From Candidatus Poribacteria bacterium (GTDB lineage: Bacteria; Poribacteria; WGA-4E; WGA-3G), in the NCBI GenBank assembly GCA_965198235.1, contig OZ240248.1:3136001-3200000 (forward strand): 64,000 nucleotides of DNA, given 5' to 3'. This document shows, one piece after another, positions 8,492 to 18,358 of this stretch. Every line of letters begins with the position of its first letter. Position 1 is the first letter of the stretch. The notes under the pieces are model-generated. The model searched no databases. It was given only the letters and a program-made list of their open reading frames with translations, and was not told where the DNA came from. A program made the position numbers and the translations under genes.

Positions 8492-10180
8492 ATGGAATTC
8501 TTCGTTGACCTGATTGGCTCCATTATTCCGTACATCAAAACGGCGTTTCTCGCCATTATTCCTCTCGGATTTATTATTTTTATTCATGAACTCGGTCATT
8601 TTTATGCCGCGAAACGGTGTGGTATTAAAGTAAACACCTTCTCCCTCGGCTTCGGTCCGAAGCTCATTGGATTTCAGCGAGGTGAAACAGAATATAGAAT
8701 CTCACTATTGCCATTTGGTGGCTATGTTCAAATGGAAGGCGAGAGTCCAACCGAGCAAACCGGTGCACCGGGTGAATTCGCGAGTGCCCCGATCGGCAGT
8801 CGCGCGTTTGTCGCCGCCGCGGGTCCCGCGGTGAATCTCTTGTTTGGCGTGTTGGTATACTGGCTTGTCTTTGCGACTGGGATTAACACGGATTCCGCCC
8901 GGTTAATCGGTGGATTAACAGGCTTACCTCTCGGTGAAAAAGAGGCAATTCAGATCGGATGGGTTGCTGATGATGGACCCGGCGCGCTGGGTGGGATAAT
9001 GCCTGGCGATACAATTGTTTCCGTCAATGGTGCCCCGATTAGCCATTGGGCGATGTTCCAAACAAGGATTTTCACCAGTGCGAATAAACCGCTTGATCTC
9101 GTTGTGGAACGCGATGGTGAACGCAAATTCCTCTCTGTTAAACCCGATGCTGAGCCGAGTGTCAGAGGAGATATAGGTATAATTCGGGTGAGTAGTAGAA
9201 CCGAGACGATCGTCAGTCATATCGAAGAAGGAAGTCTCGCGGCACAAATGGGGGTCCAAATCGGCGACCAAATTGAAAGCATCAACGGTAAAAAACTCCA
9301 CAACGTTCCGTATTTTGGGTATGGTGTCTGGCACGCTTCCGAAGATTGGCGTAATGAGAAATATCAGGCACTTTATCAAAGTATTAACGAAAACCAAGAA
9401 GCGTTGACACTCGGTATCCGCCGTGGTGATGAGACGCTCACGCTCGAACTGCCGGTACGCTGGCGTGTGAAGGCGAGTATCCAAGAGGATAGCATCGCAC
9501 AAAACGTTGGGATTCAAGATGGGGACGTGCTTGTGACGCTTAACGGGATGTCAGTAGACAATGCAACGCTCTACTCGGAACTCAAGACGATGGCAAGTCA
9601 ACCGATCGAAGTCGGATTGATGCGAGAGGGTAGCCTGAAAAAAGTAACACTCGCCTCAGAGATTCAAAGCCCAGAGGCTGATACCGACGGAGCATTCTTT
9701 GGATTGGCGTGGCAGACCTCCTTAAGTGGGATGGAATTCGCTGCAAAAACAGCACCTTTTCCAGATTATAACTTTTTTACAGGGTTCGGGAAAGGCGTTG
9801 AAGCAACGTGGTTGACGTTTACAACTGTCGGCAGAACCTTGCAACAGTTGGTAGGTGGGGAGGTGTCCCCGAAACATCTCGCCGGTCCAATCGGTATCGC
9901 GAACGCCACGAGTCGTATGTTTGACCGGGTCGGGTTGAGTAGTGTTCTCTTTTTTATTGGATTCATTAGTATCAATCTTTGCATCGTCAATCTGTTACCG
10001 ATTCCGATTGCTGACGGGGGGCAGCTACTGTTTTTTGCTGTTGAGAAAATCCGTGGCAGACCCATGCCTCGGAGAGCACAAGAAGTTGTTCAACAGGTTT
10101 GTATTGTTCTCTTGATTGCGCTCTTCCTGTACATCACGTGGTTCGATGGGATGTCCCTGATTCACGATCTACGCAATTAG
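8492..10180 (+). CDS. rseP: RIP metalloprotease RseP with multiple PDZ domains
   Basis: HELGH, AGPAVN, NLLPIPIADGG; three PDZ-like GD-I/L segments; GAGGT RBS before ATG 8492. Confidence 0.93.
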   Translation: MEFFVDLIGSIIPYIKTAFLAIIPLGFIIFIHELGHFYAAKRCGIKVNTFSLGFGPKLIGFQRGETEYRISLLPFGGYVQMEGESPTEQTGAPGEFASAPIGSRAFVAAAGPAVNLLFGVLVYWLVFATGINTDSARLIGGLTGLPLGEKEAIQIGWVADDGPGALGGIMPGDTIVSVNGAPISHWAMFQTRIFTSANKPLDLVVERDGERKFLSVKPDAEPSVRGDIGIIRVSSRTETIVSHIEEGSLAAQMGVQIGDQIESINGKKLHNVPYFGYGVWHASEDWRNEKYQALYQSINENQEALTLGIRRGDETLTLELPVRWRVKASIQEDSIAQNVGIQDGDVLVTLNGMSVDNATLYSELKTMASQPIEVGLMREGSLKKVTLASEIQSPEADTDGAFFGLAWQTSLSGMEFAAKTAPFPDYNFFTGFGKGVEATWLTFTTVGRTLQQLVGGEVSPKHLAGPIGIANATSRMFDRVGLSSVLFFIGFISINLCIVNLLPIPIADGGQLLFFAVEKIRGRPMPRRAQEVVQQVCIVLLIALFLYITWFDGMSLIHDLRN

Positions 10181-10429
10181 CGGTCAGCTGTCAGTTGTAG
10201 GAGCGAGTTGTGCTCGCGATTGTAGAGATTTTCGTTTAGAAGCAACCTCTTGTGACTGACTACTAACAATCGGTAACCGCTTCCTCCTATGGCGTAGAAA
10301 AATCGGACATCTCGTGAGGCTTCCGGTACGAAATCTTCTTAATTGTTCATGTTCCCATTCACGCTGGAATTGACCAAACACCATCGTGGAACGTAGTGGA
10401 ACGATGCTCAGATTCCTATAGTTTAAAAT
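10180..10429. repeat. REP, heptamers and MITE arm abutting the udg start
   Basis: gtaggagcgagttgtgctcgcgat; ...ccatcgtggaacgtagtggaacgatgctcagattcctatagtttaaaat then ATG. Confidence 0.7.
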
Positions 10430-11149
10430 ATGGATAGAGACAGCCTCAAAAAAGATTATGTAGAACTTGTTGCAAGTGTGAGGGAATACGTGGAAGAACA
10501 ACTTCAACTCGGTTTCATAGAATCAGAACTAAGCGAACCTGAGCAGGAATCGCCCTACGCGAACCTTGATCTACCCGCGCTGGCGACCGATGCCGCGGGT
10601 TGCACCAAATGTCCGTTGCACGAAACACGGAATAGTGTCGTTTTTGGTGTCGGCAACACGAACGCTGACCTTATGTTCATCGGTGAAGCGCCGGGGGCTG
10701 ATGAGGATCAGCAGGGCGAACCTTTTGTCGGTAGAGCCGGTCAATTGCTGACACAAATCATTGAGGCAGGGATGAAACTCAAGCGCGAGGATGTCTATAT
10801 CACCAATGTGCTTAAGTGTCGTCCCCCGGGCAACAGAAACCCTGAATCCGATGAGGTCGAAACCTGTAGCCCTTATTTGGTGCGTCAGATAGAACTCATT
10901 CAGCCGAAGGTGATTGTGGCACTCGGAAGTTTTGCTGCACAGATGATGCTTGGGACAAAAATCGGTATTACAAAACTCCGCGGGGAGTTCCATGCGTGTA
11001 ATGTAGCAGGACTCCGCGTCCTTCCACATAGGAAACCACCAATGGTCATGCCGACATTTCACCCGGCGTATCTGCTCAGAAACCCGAATGCCAAACGTGA
11101 CGTGTGGGAAGACGTTAAAAAGGTGCTTGCTTTTTTAGCAGATTTTTAA
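10430..11149 (+). CDS. udg: uracil-DNA glycosylase family 4 (Fe-S)
   Basis: [41 protein letters not shown]. Confidence 0.92.
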   Translation: MDRDSLKKDYVELVASVREYVEEQLQLGFIESELSEPEQESPYANLDLPALATDAAGCTKCPLHETRNSVVFGVGNTNADLMFIGEAPGADEDQQGEPFVGRAGQLLTQIIEAGMKLKREDVYITNVLKCRPPGNRNPESDEVETCSPYLVRQIELIQPKVIVALGSFAAQMMLGTKIGITKLRGEFHACNVAGLRVLPHRKPPMVMPTFHPAYLLRNPNAKRDVWEDVKKVLAFLADF

Positions 11150-11421
11150 ATAATTGGCCTCCGCGCTGTGCTCCATTACATTCCGCACAGGTCTCTGATT
11201 TGTTCAGCTACGTTTCACGATGGTTTATAGTCAATTTTGCGGCGTACTCGCCCATAAGCGATCTGCTTCAAGGGAGACTGAACCCCGTAGGGTGTTTTTG
11301 CTTGGGGTTTTTGATAGGGTGTTTCTGCGGATTTTTGTGGATTTCTTCAAAATCTCTGTAGGGGAACAACGCCCAGATTCAATAGTTTAAAATATGACCA
11401 GATTCAATAGTTTAAAATATG
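11143..11421. mobile_element. MITE-like element with nested modular REP filling the udg-priA spacer
   Basis: Left arm contains the udg TAA; C/A modules at 11287-11348; right arm unit ccagattcaatagtttaaaatatg duplicated (11373-11396, 11398-11421). Confidence 0.65.
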
Positions 11422-13988
11422 CAAACATCGCTTTTCCGTTATCGGTCGATCAAGTATTCACCTACGGTGTACCGCCGCAGATGGATGCAGTTTTACAACT
11501 CGGAACCCGGGTGTTAGCACCTTTCCGTGGGACAAATCAGGAAGGGATTGTCGTTGAACGACTCGATGAAACCGATCTTGATCCTGATGTTATCAAGAAT
11601 ATTTCCAACTGCCTTGATGAAACCCCGACCTTCTCTACGGATTTGCTCGCGCTGACCAAATGGATGGCGGAATATTATGTCTGCTCGTGGGGTGTCGCGC
11701 TCTTTTGTGCTGTGCCGGCTGCTGTGCGAACGCAGAAAGAACAGAAGGTACGGCTCTTGTCAGGAGCACCTACACCGCAAGGAAAGGTGCAAAAGGAACT
11801 CGTCGCACTTTTGGAAGCAGAGGGTGAGCTGTCTCTCAATCAACTTGCCCGACGTGTTGGTGTAAGTTACCAGAATCTCCGTCCGAGGATTACCGCGCTA
11901 AAAGAAAAAGGTATCGTTAGCCTTGATGTCACCCACAAACCGAAAGCCAACACGCAGTTAACCTCTGTAGCAACTTTAGCTTTACCGCCAACTGATATTG
12001 AAGCGGAAATTGATCGACTCAGAGGTGAGGCGGACGGTTCCGAAGATTCATCTGGTTCCCGACCGAACAATCGTCGGCACGTTGCCGCTGCTAAGCATGC
12101 CGAAATTCTGCAACTCTTGCTTGATGAAGGTGCCCCTTTGGCGACAGCCGGCCTAACCAAACGGGTGAATGCCAGCATCTCACTACTCCGCACACTTGAA
12201 AGACGTGGCTTTGTTCATATCACACGTGCACAAGCCGTTCGTAATCCCTTGAGTTCTGAACCGATCGCTGCAACACAGCCGCTTCACTTGAACTCTGCAC
12301 AATCGATGGCGTTCGCGGAGATTCAAAATATACTCGTTCCACATACGATGGACGCGTCATTTTTTCCTGCTACTGAACGTCCGCTTACCTTTCTGCTCCA
12401 CGGCGTAACCGGGAGTGGAAAAACCGAGGTCTACATGCAAGCAATGACAGAAGTTCTTGGAAACGGGAAAGCTGTCATCGTATTAGTGCCAGAAATATCG
12501 CTCACACCTCAGACTGCCTCCCGATTTGTTGGGCGATTCGGGGAACGGGTGGCGTTGCTGCACAGCCGATTGAGTGATGGGGAACGCCATGATCAGTGGC
12601 ATCGTATCCAAAAGGGTGAAGCGGACATTGTGATTGGACCGCGTTCTGCCGTCTTTGCCCCAGTGAAAGAACTGGGTATGCTGATTATAGACGAAGAGCA
12701 TTCGGATTCCTATAAGTCAGATACCGTCCCGCGTTACCACGCACGGGATGTCGCGCAGAAGCGGGGTGAACTCGCAAACTGTCCTGTTCTACTTGGGAGC
12801 GCGACACCGTCCCTTGAGAGTTTTCATCGTGCGAAAAATGGGCGTTATCGGCTTCTCAGTCTGCCAGACCGTGTTCTTAATAGAAAAATGCCCGATGTTC
12901 ACATTGTTGATATGCGGACTGAATTGAAAAAGGGCAACAGGACTATCTTCTCCGATGTCCTCCGAAGTTCGATTGAAGAACGATTGGAAAGGCGAGAACA
13001 AATTATCCTATTTCTCAACAGACGTGGGCATTCTACCCATGTGTTTTGCCGGACTTGTGGTTATGTCGAACGCTGCGAAAATTGCTCTATCTCATTGACT
13101 TTTCACTTTGAGACGAAACTTCTCGTTTGTCACCACTGCGGTGATAAACGTCCGACACATCCGACCTGCCCGCAGTGTAGCAGCCCTGCCATTCGATATT
13201 TTGGGTTGGGGACAGAGGCGGTTGAACAAGAGGTGAGGAAAGCGTTCCCACAGGCACGTGTGAAGCGATTTGATGCCGATTCAACTGCACGGAAAAACGC
13301 ACATCAGCAGATTTTGGGGACATTTGAGCAGCAGAAGATTGATATTCTGATAGGCACACAAATGGTATCAAAAGGGTTAGACTTCCCGAATGTCACGCTT
13401 GTCGGGGTCATCGCCGCGGATACCAGTTTGAATCTACCCGACTTTCGGGCGGGTGAACAGACGTTTAGCCTGTTGACACAGGTCGCTGGACGTTCGGGAC
13501 GCGCCGAGCTTGAAGGGAAGGTCGTCATTCAGACCTATATGCCTGAGCACTACTGTATTTCTGCCGCGCAAAAGCACGACTATCTCGGTTTCTATGCGCA
13601 GGAGGTTGAAGCACGCGGCGCGTTACGATATCCACCTTTCTCGCATGTCGGGACGCTTCTGCTCCGTGGCAAGGATGAGAAACAGGTTGAAGAGGCTGCG
13701 CATGCTGTCCGAGATCAACTTCAGATTTGGCTGACAGGTCAAGCACCTGCCGATCAGCCAGATGAGAAAGAAGACGATGTTGGAGGGACCGCAGTAGAAA
13801 TCCTCGGTCCCGCGCCAGCACCGCTCTCGAAAATCGAAGGAAAATTTCGGTGGCATTTTTTACTTCGAAGCAGCTCCGTTGAAAGAATCAGTCAACTTCT
13901 TAAGCAATTAACTGATGAGCCACCTGTCGCTATTAAATCGAATGCTATTGAGTTTGTGATAGACATCGATCCAACGAGTATTCTATAG
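11394..13988 (+). CDS. priA: primosomal protein N' (replication restart helicase)
   Basis: GVTGSGKTEVY, DEEH, four CxxC pairs, QVAGRSGR, IDIDP terminus. Confidence 0.97.
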   Translation: MTRFNSLKYANIAFPLSVDQVFTYGVPPQMDAVLQLGTRVLAPFRGTNQEGIVVERLDETDLDPDVIKNISNCLDETPTFSTDLLALTKWMAEYYVCSWGVALFCAVPAAVRTQKEQKVRLLSGAPTPQGKVQKELVALLEAEGELSLNQLARRVGVSYQNLRPRITALKEKGIVSLDVTHKPKANTQLTSVATLALPPTDIEAEIDRLRGEADGSEDSSGSRPNNRRHVAAAKHAEILQLLLDEGAPLATAGLTKRVNASISLLRTLERRGFVHITRAQAVRNPLSSEPIAATQPLHLNSAQSMAFAEIQNILVPHTMDASFFPATERPLTFLLHGVTGSGKTEVYMQAMTEVLGNGKAVIVLVPEISLTPQTASRFVGRFGERVALLHSRLSDGERHDQWHRIQKGEADIVIGPRSAVFAPVKELGMLIIDEEHSDSYKSDTVPRYHARDVAQKRGELANCPVLLGSATPSLESFHRAKNGRYRLLSLPDRVLNRKMPDVHIVDMRTELKKGNRTIFSDVLRSSIEERLERREQIILFLNRRGHSTHVFCRTCGYVERCENCSISLTFHFETKLLVCHHCGDKRPTHPTCPQCSSPAIRYFGLGTEAVEQEVRKAFPQARVKRFDADSTARKNAHQQILGTFEQQKIDILIGTQMVSKGLDFPNVTLVGVIAADTSLNLPDFRAGEQTFSLLTQVAGRSGRAELEGKVVIQTYMPEHYCISAAQKHDYLGFYAQEVEARGALRYPPFSHVGTLLLRGKDEKQVEEAAHAVRDQLQIWLTGQAPADQPDEKEDDVGGTAVEILGPAPAPLSKIEGKFRWHFLLRSSSVERISQLLKQLTDEPPVAIKSNAIEFVIDIDPTSIL

Positions 13989-14169
13989 ACATATCACCCT
14001 TACGGGGTTTTAATCTGAATAAAGAGAAATGTTTAAACATCATTCTTTTTAAGCACTCTAACGGAGTGCCATATTTATCTAACCTTCCGAGACTAAAACC
14101 CAATCCTTTAGGTTTGGGATACAGTCTCGCCGTTGTGAATTAGACCAGGGGTCTCTGTTAAAAAAAGAC

Positions 14170-14198
14170 TTGACTTTCGGTGAAAAATGTGGTATAAT
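14170..14198 (+). promoter_or_regulatory. sigma70 promoter for tnpB
   Basis: TTGACT-17 nt-TATAAT with an extended -10 TG. Confidence 0.7.
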
Positions 14199-14295
14199 TA
14201 AAGTATCAAGTTGGCAGACATGAACAGCGTAACCGCAAGGTTACGTGTCTGCCTACCCACTGTTCAGGGGTTAAGAACTTGAAACTTGAGATACC

Positions 14296-15507
14296 ATGCG
14301 AAACACCACACATAAACTTTTTCGTGATACCTCTTTGAAGCATCTCCAGGATGACCTGAATATCTGTGGCGTTGTTCGGAATCATTTCAATGCGTTGTCT
14401 CGGCGATATTACCGTCGGTATGGTAAGGACTTGTCGTATTCCAAGATGTCGAAACATTTGACGCGGCTGAAAAAGCTTGAGAAATACCAACATTGGAATA
14501 TCCCTTACGCGTGGAGTCTTCAGAATATGCTCAAACGCTTGGCACAGAGTTTCAAAGAAATGAAAACACTTGGCAGAGGTCACCCGAAGTTCAAGAAGTG
14601 CAAGAAACACAAAGGGATGACGTTCTCTGGTGAACAAGTTGCGTTGGAGAAAGTGCTTGACGCGCAGAAGAACGAAAGAAACCACCCGACCTATAAGATA
14701 AGACTGAATGGACGTTGGTATCGTTTCGCGTTGCACCGTGAAATACAAGGTGCTATCAAACAGTTTCATGTTAAGAGGGACGCACTCGGAGATATGTATA
14801 TTACGCTGACAGAAGACTATACCGAAATTAAAATTGAACCCAAGACGGGTCAAGCTGAAGGGTTTGATTTTGGTATCAAAGACTTCCTGACTGGCAGTGA
14901 TGGTCATAGATATACGTCTCCAATGTTCTACAAACTCAACGCTGAAAAGTTGGCGGAAGCACAAAAGGTATATTCCCATAAAGTCAAAGGTTCTCGGAAT
15001 CTCGAACGAGAACGTAAGAACGTTGCCCGTATCCATAAGAAAACGGCGAATCAAAGGACAGACCACCACTATAAACTTGCTATAAAGTTGTGTCGGCAGT
15101 TTGATATCCTGTTCTTTGAAGACCTCAACCTTCGCGGTATGAAAAAACTTTGGGGTCAACAGGTATCTGACCTCGCCTTCGGTGAGTTTCTGCAGAAGCT
15201 GAAACACCAGAGCAAAAAGCGTATCCGTTCTGTGCTGAAGATTCATCGCTGGTCGCCGACCACAAAGTGCTGTTCTGTTTGTGGACATAAAAATCAAAAC
15301 CTCACGCTATCAGATAGAGACTGGACGTGTCCAAAGTGTGAGACACACCTCGACCGCGACGAGAACGCTGCTATGAACATTCTTAAGGAAGGGGTAGCTT
15401 CCTTTGGGTTAGGAGTTGTAAGACCTATTGTTTTGTTTAACAAAATCGTAGGCACCTCCGTTGAATCGAACCATCCGATTCTGAATTCCACAAATGCTTC
15501 TGCTTAA
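14296..15507 (+). CDS. tnpB: RNA-guided endonuclease TnpB
   Basis: RuvC triad GFDFG / FEDL / DRDENAAMNI and CSVC..CPKC zinc ribbon. Confidence 0.95.
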   Translation: MRNTTHKLFRDTSLKHLQDDLNICGVVRNHFNALSRRYYRRYGKDLSYSKMSKHLTRLKKLEKYQHWNIPYAWSLQNMLKRLAQSFKEMKTLGRGHPKFKKCKKHKGMTFSGEQVALEKVLDAQKNERNHPTYKIRLNGRWYRFALHREIQGAIKQFHVKRDALGDMYITLTEDYTEIKIEPKTGQAEGFDFGIKDFLTGSDGHRYTSPMFYKLNAEKLAEAQKVYSHKVKGSRNLERERKNVARIHKKTANQRTDHHYKLAIKLCRQFDILFFEDLNLRGMKKLWGQQVSDLAFGEFLQKLKHQSKKRIRSVLKIHRWSPTTKCCSVCGHKNQNLTLSDRDWTCPKCETHLDRDENAAMNILKEGVASFGLGVVRPIVLFNKIVGTSVESNHPILNSTNASA

Positions 15508-15565
15508 TGATTGCAGAAGCCCAAGTCTTTAGGCTTGGGTCTATCACAGTATCTAAAAGATCCGT
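15350..15565 (+). ncRNA. putative TnpB omegaRNA (reRNA); guide begins at 15548, 5' boundary approximate
   Basis: Established TnpB architecture: RNA overlaps the tnpB 3' end and right-end hairpin, and the guide comes from the flank (AGTATCTAAAAGATCC...). Confidence 0.55.
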
Positions 15566-15656
15566 ATAGGATGATCGGGAATCTGCGCGAAACATTGTCC
15601 CGCAAGCCTCTATAGGCTTGCGCAAGGAGCGCAGCCCAGGAGGCCATAAATTAAAA

Positions 15657-16616
15657 ATGGGTAACCGGATATTTGACAAACTTGCTGATACTGACTTACT
15701 TGCACATAGCCCGATTCTGGTTTTTGCTGCCGATCCACTCGCATCTGCCGGGATTAAGGGGCTCGGACAAGTACAACACCCGAAACCGCACTACCGAACA
15801 CACGCAGAGTTTTTGCAACTCCAGCGCGACCTCGTTGCAGATGGCCAGTTGGACGGGCTCCTGATGACACCCGCTGATGCGGAAATCCTTGCACTTGAAG
15901 AAAATCTGTTTGAAGACACGCCGATTACGCCAATCGTCCGGATGAACTCGGAGACGGCTATCTGGAATCCGAGGTTTGGCATCTATACCTCGCGGCTGTC
16001 GATGCCGTTTCAAACCGTGTTTCCAGAGGACATGCAGCGCTATTGTGAGGCACTCATCGGTCCCGCACTTGAATGTCGAGTCAACCTTGGGTTGTATTCC
16101 ATTACGCTCAACAACGATCCGATCGCTGATGAGCGAATGTTACAAGCGTATGTGCAGTTCGCACACGTCGTCGGTGAAATCGAGGGATTCGATCATCTCT
16201 TAGAGGTGTTTTTACCGAATATAAAAATGCCGGGAATGGATGAGGAGAAACGGGGCATGTATGTCGCCGATTCTATCGTCCGAACGATGAGTTATCTCCG
16301 AAAACACCAACGCCCGCGTTTTATCAAAACGGCATATACGACCGCCGAAGTCTGGATCGAGTTGTGCCAGTTCGACACGACGCTGGTGATCGGCGCATTG
16401 GGGGGTCCCCGTCAAAATGCGCGTAGCACATTTGCACTTGCGCACAATGTTGTCAGCAACGGCGGACGCGCTACCCTATTCGGGCGCACCATCTTCGGTG
16501 AAGATGAACCGATCGGCTTTGTGCAGTGCCTGCGGCGCGTCCTTGATGGTGAGGATGATCCACAGAATGCCCATGCGGAGTATCAGAAATTGTTACGAGG
16601 TTCCCGGACGGGTTAG
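15657..16616 (+). CDS. class I aldolase-like TIM-barrel protein
   Basis: HLLEVF, RFIKTAY (candidate Schiff-base Lys), ALGG, TLFGRTI phosphate-binding motif. Confidence 0.55.
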   Translation: MGNRIFDKLADTDLLAHSPILVFAADPLASAGIKGLGQVQHPKPHYRTHAEFLQLQRDLVADGQLDGLLMTPADAEILALEENLFEDTPITPIVRMNSETAIWNPRFGIYTSRLSMPFQTVFPEDMQRYCEALIGPALECRVNLGLYSITLNNDPIADERMLQAYVQFAHVVGEIEGFDHLLEVFLPNIKMPGMDEEKRGMYVADSIVRTMSYLRKHQRPRFIKTAYTTAEVWIELCQFDTTLVIGALGGPRQNARSTFALAHNVVSNGGRATLFGRTIFGEDEPIGFVQCLRRVLDGEDDPQNAHAEYQKLLRGSRTG

Positions 16617-16625
16617 CGACATCCC

Positions 16626-16786
16626 GTAGGGGCAGGTCTTGTGCCTGCCCGCATGTAGGGCTTAAAAATCACATATCCCCAGTCGCGTCGGAATTAACCA
16701 GACACCACCGTGAAACATAGGGGAACGGTGACCAGATTCGATAGTTTAAAAAATGGAACGATGCCCAGATTTAATAGTTTAAAAAA
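16626..16786 (+). repeat. GTAG REP plus MITE arm with duplicated terminal unit
   Basis: gtaggggcaggtcttgtgcctgccc; cccagtcgcgtcggaattaaccagacacc...ccagattcgatagtttaaaaaa...ccagatttaatagtttaaaaaa. Confidence 0.7.
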
Positions 16787-18203
16787 GTCGTTAGAAGAAT
16801 CGCGTGTCCTCCTGCTCCTTCCGACACGGACTTACCGAGCGACGGATTTCCTTGAAGCAGCCCTGAAGTTGAACGTAGAAGTAATTGTTGCATCGGAGGA
16901 AGCGGCGACGACAGCAGACCTATCGCCGCGACATACACTCGTGCTCGACTTCAGCGCGCCAACTGCCGCAACACAGACAATTGTTGAATTTGCCGAAACT
17001 TATCCGATCGCAGCAATAGTTGGTGTTGATGATGATACAACGCTGCTCGCAACGGCTGCGTCAGAGGCGTTAGGGCTCCCGCACAACCCGGTTAATTCCG
17101 CAAAAGCGACACGCAACAAGTATCTCTTGCGGCACACATTGGCGACAAACGGAGTGTCGGTGCCTGCCTATCAACGCGTTTCCATTGAAGACGATCCTGC
17201 CGAGATAGCCGCAAAACTTTCGGAAGCACGCCATCACGATGATAGTGATCGCGGGACTTCCGAAGGTACAGATACGCTTCCCCCACAACATCTACTTTCG
17301 CAAAAGCAAAGCACTTCACCAGATACCACTGTGGGAGGGGTTTGTAACCCCGATTTCTGTAGTGGAAGGGTGCCCAGACCTAATAAATTAAAAATCAGTT
17401 TTCCATGTATTATCAAGCCGTTGTCCCTCTCCGCCAGCCGCGGGGTCATCAGGGCAGACACACCTGCCGAATTCATCGAAGCCTTCCAGCGGACAACGAA
17501 ACTCCTGCATGCCTTACAAGAATCCACGGATCCTCCCGCACAATATCTACTCGTTGAGGACTATATTCCGGGCATAGAAGTGGCATTGGAGGGTATCCTG
17601 TTAGACGGTGAGTTGAAGACACTCGCGCTTTTCGATAAACCCGATCCACTGGAAGGTCCCTTTTTTGAAGAGACCCTCTATGTTACACCTTCCCGTCTGT
17701 CGATGAAGGTTCAAGGGGCATTGCATCGGGCAACTGCGGAGGCTGCTGACGCTTTAGGGTTAAGACATGGACCGATCCATGCCGAACTGCGCTATAATGA
17801 TAAAGGTGCGCACCTTATTGAGATCGCTGCTCGGACGATTGGTGGACTCTGTGCCAGGACACTGCGGTTCGGAACAGGGATGTCGCTTGAGGAACTCGTT
17901 ATTCGACATGCGATCGGGCAGCAGGTGGAAGAATTACAGCGTGAACAGCAGGCAGCAGGTGTAATGATGATCCCTGTACCGAAGGCGGGTATCTTGGGCG
18001 AGGTGCGTGGTAAAACGGCGGCGCATTGTGTAGACGGAATCGTGGAGGTCAACATCACAATCCCTATTGGTGGGGAGGTTGTTCCACTGCCGGAGGGCGC
18101 GCGGTATCTCGGTTTCATTTTCGCTCGTGCTGAAACACCGGAGGCGGTGGAATCGGCATTGCGTGAAGCGCATCGACAATTGGAATTTGTAATTTTAGCG
18201 TAG
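16761..18203 (+). CDS. ATP-grasp domain protein (L-amino acid ligase-like) with a repeat-derived insertion
   Basis: TRNKY, IIKPLSLSASRGV, VEDYIPG.E, HAELR, IEIAAR; start uncertain (GTG 16710 or ATG 16761, both inside the repeat). Confidence 0.8.
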   Translation: MPRFNSLKKSLEESRVLLLLPTRTYRATDFLEAALKLNVEVIVASEEAATTADLSPRHTLVLDFSAPTAATQTIVEFAETYPIAAIVGVDDDTTLLATAASEALGLPHNPVNSAKATRNKYLLRHTLATNGVSVPAYQRVSIEDDPAEIAAKLSEARHHDDSDRGTSEGTDTLPPQHLLSQKQSTSPDTTVGGVCNPDFCSGRVPRPNKLKISFPCIIKPLSLSASRGVIRADTPAEFIEAFQRTTKLLHALQESTDPPAQYLLVEDYIPGIEVALEGILLDGELKTLALFDKPDPLEGPFFEETLYVTPSRLSMKVQGALHRATAEAADALGLRHGPIHAELRYNDKGAHLIEIAARTIGGLCARTLRFGTGMSLEELVIRHAIGQQVEELQREQQAAGVMMIPVPKAGILGEVRGKTAAHCVDGIVEVNITIPIGGEVVPLPEGARYLGFIFARAETPEAVESALREAHRQLEFVILA

Positions 18204-18326
18204 GAGAGGGTTGTTTATCGTATTTTTCGCTGGCGAGGTTTCCTTGAGGAAATCCCCAAGCAAAACCCCTATCAAAAACACCTCGCCACCTCCAATCCGG
18301 TAGATGCGGTTTCTAACCGCACCGAA
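18200..18326. repeat. REP cluster with modular insert
   Basis: cgctggcgaggtttcc...ccccaagcaaaacccctatcaaaaacacctcgcc; gtagatgcggtttctaaccgcaccg. Confidence 0.7.
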
Positions 18327-18358
18327 ATTATAGGCTTTACAATATTTGGCATAATGCT

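Larger units (their letters stand above)
14079..15547 (+). mobile_element. IS200/IS605-family (IS1341-like, tnpB-only) insertion sequence
   Basis: Subterminal hairpins CCCAATCC-TTTA-GGTTTGGG (left) and GCCCAAGTC-TTTA-GGCTTGGGT followed by TCAC (right); TTTAT immediately left of the element; no tnpA. Confidence 0.85.

Noticed and set aside
14206-15297. 363-aa minus-strand ORF
   Set aside because: Antisense shadow of tnpB with no independent motifs.
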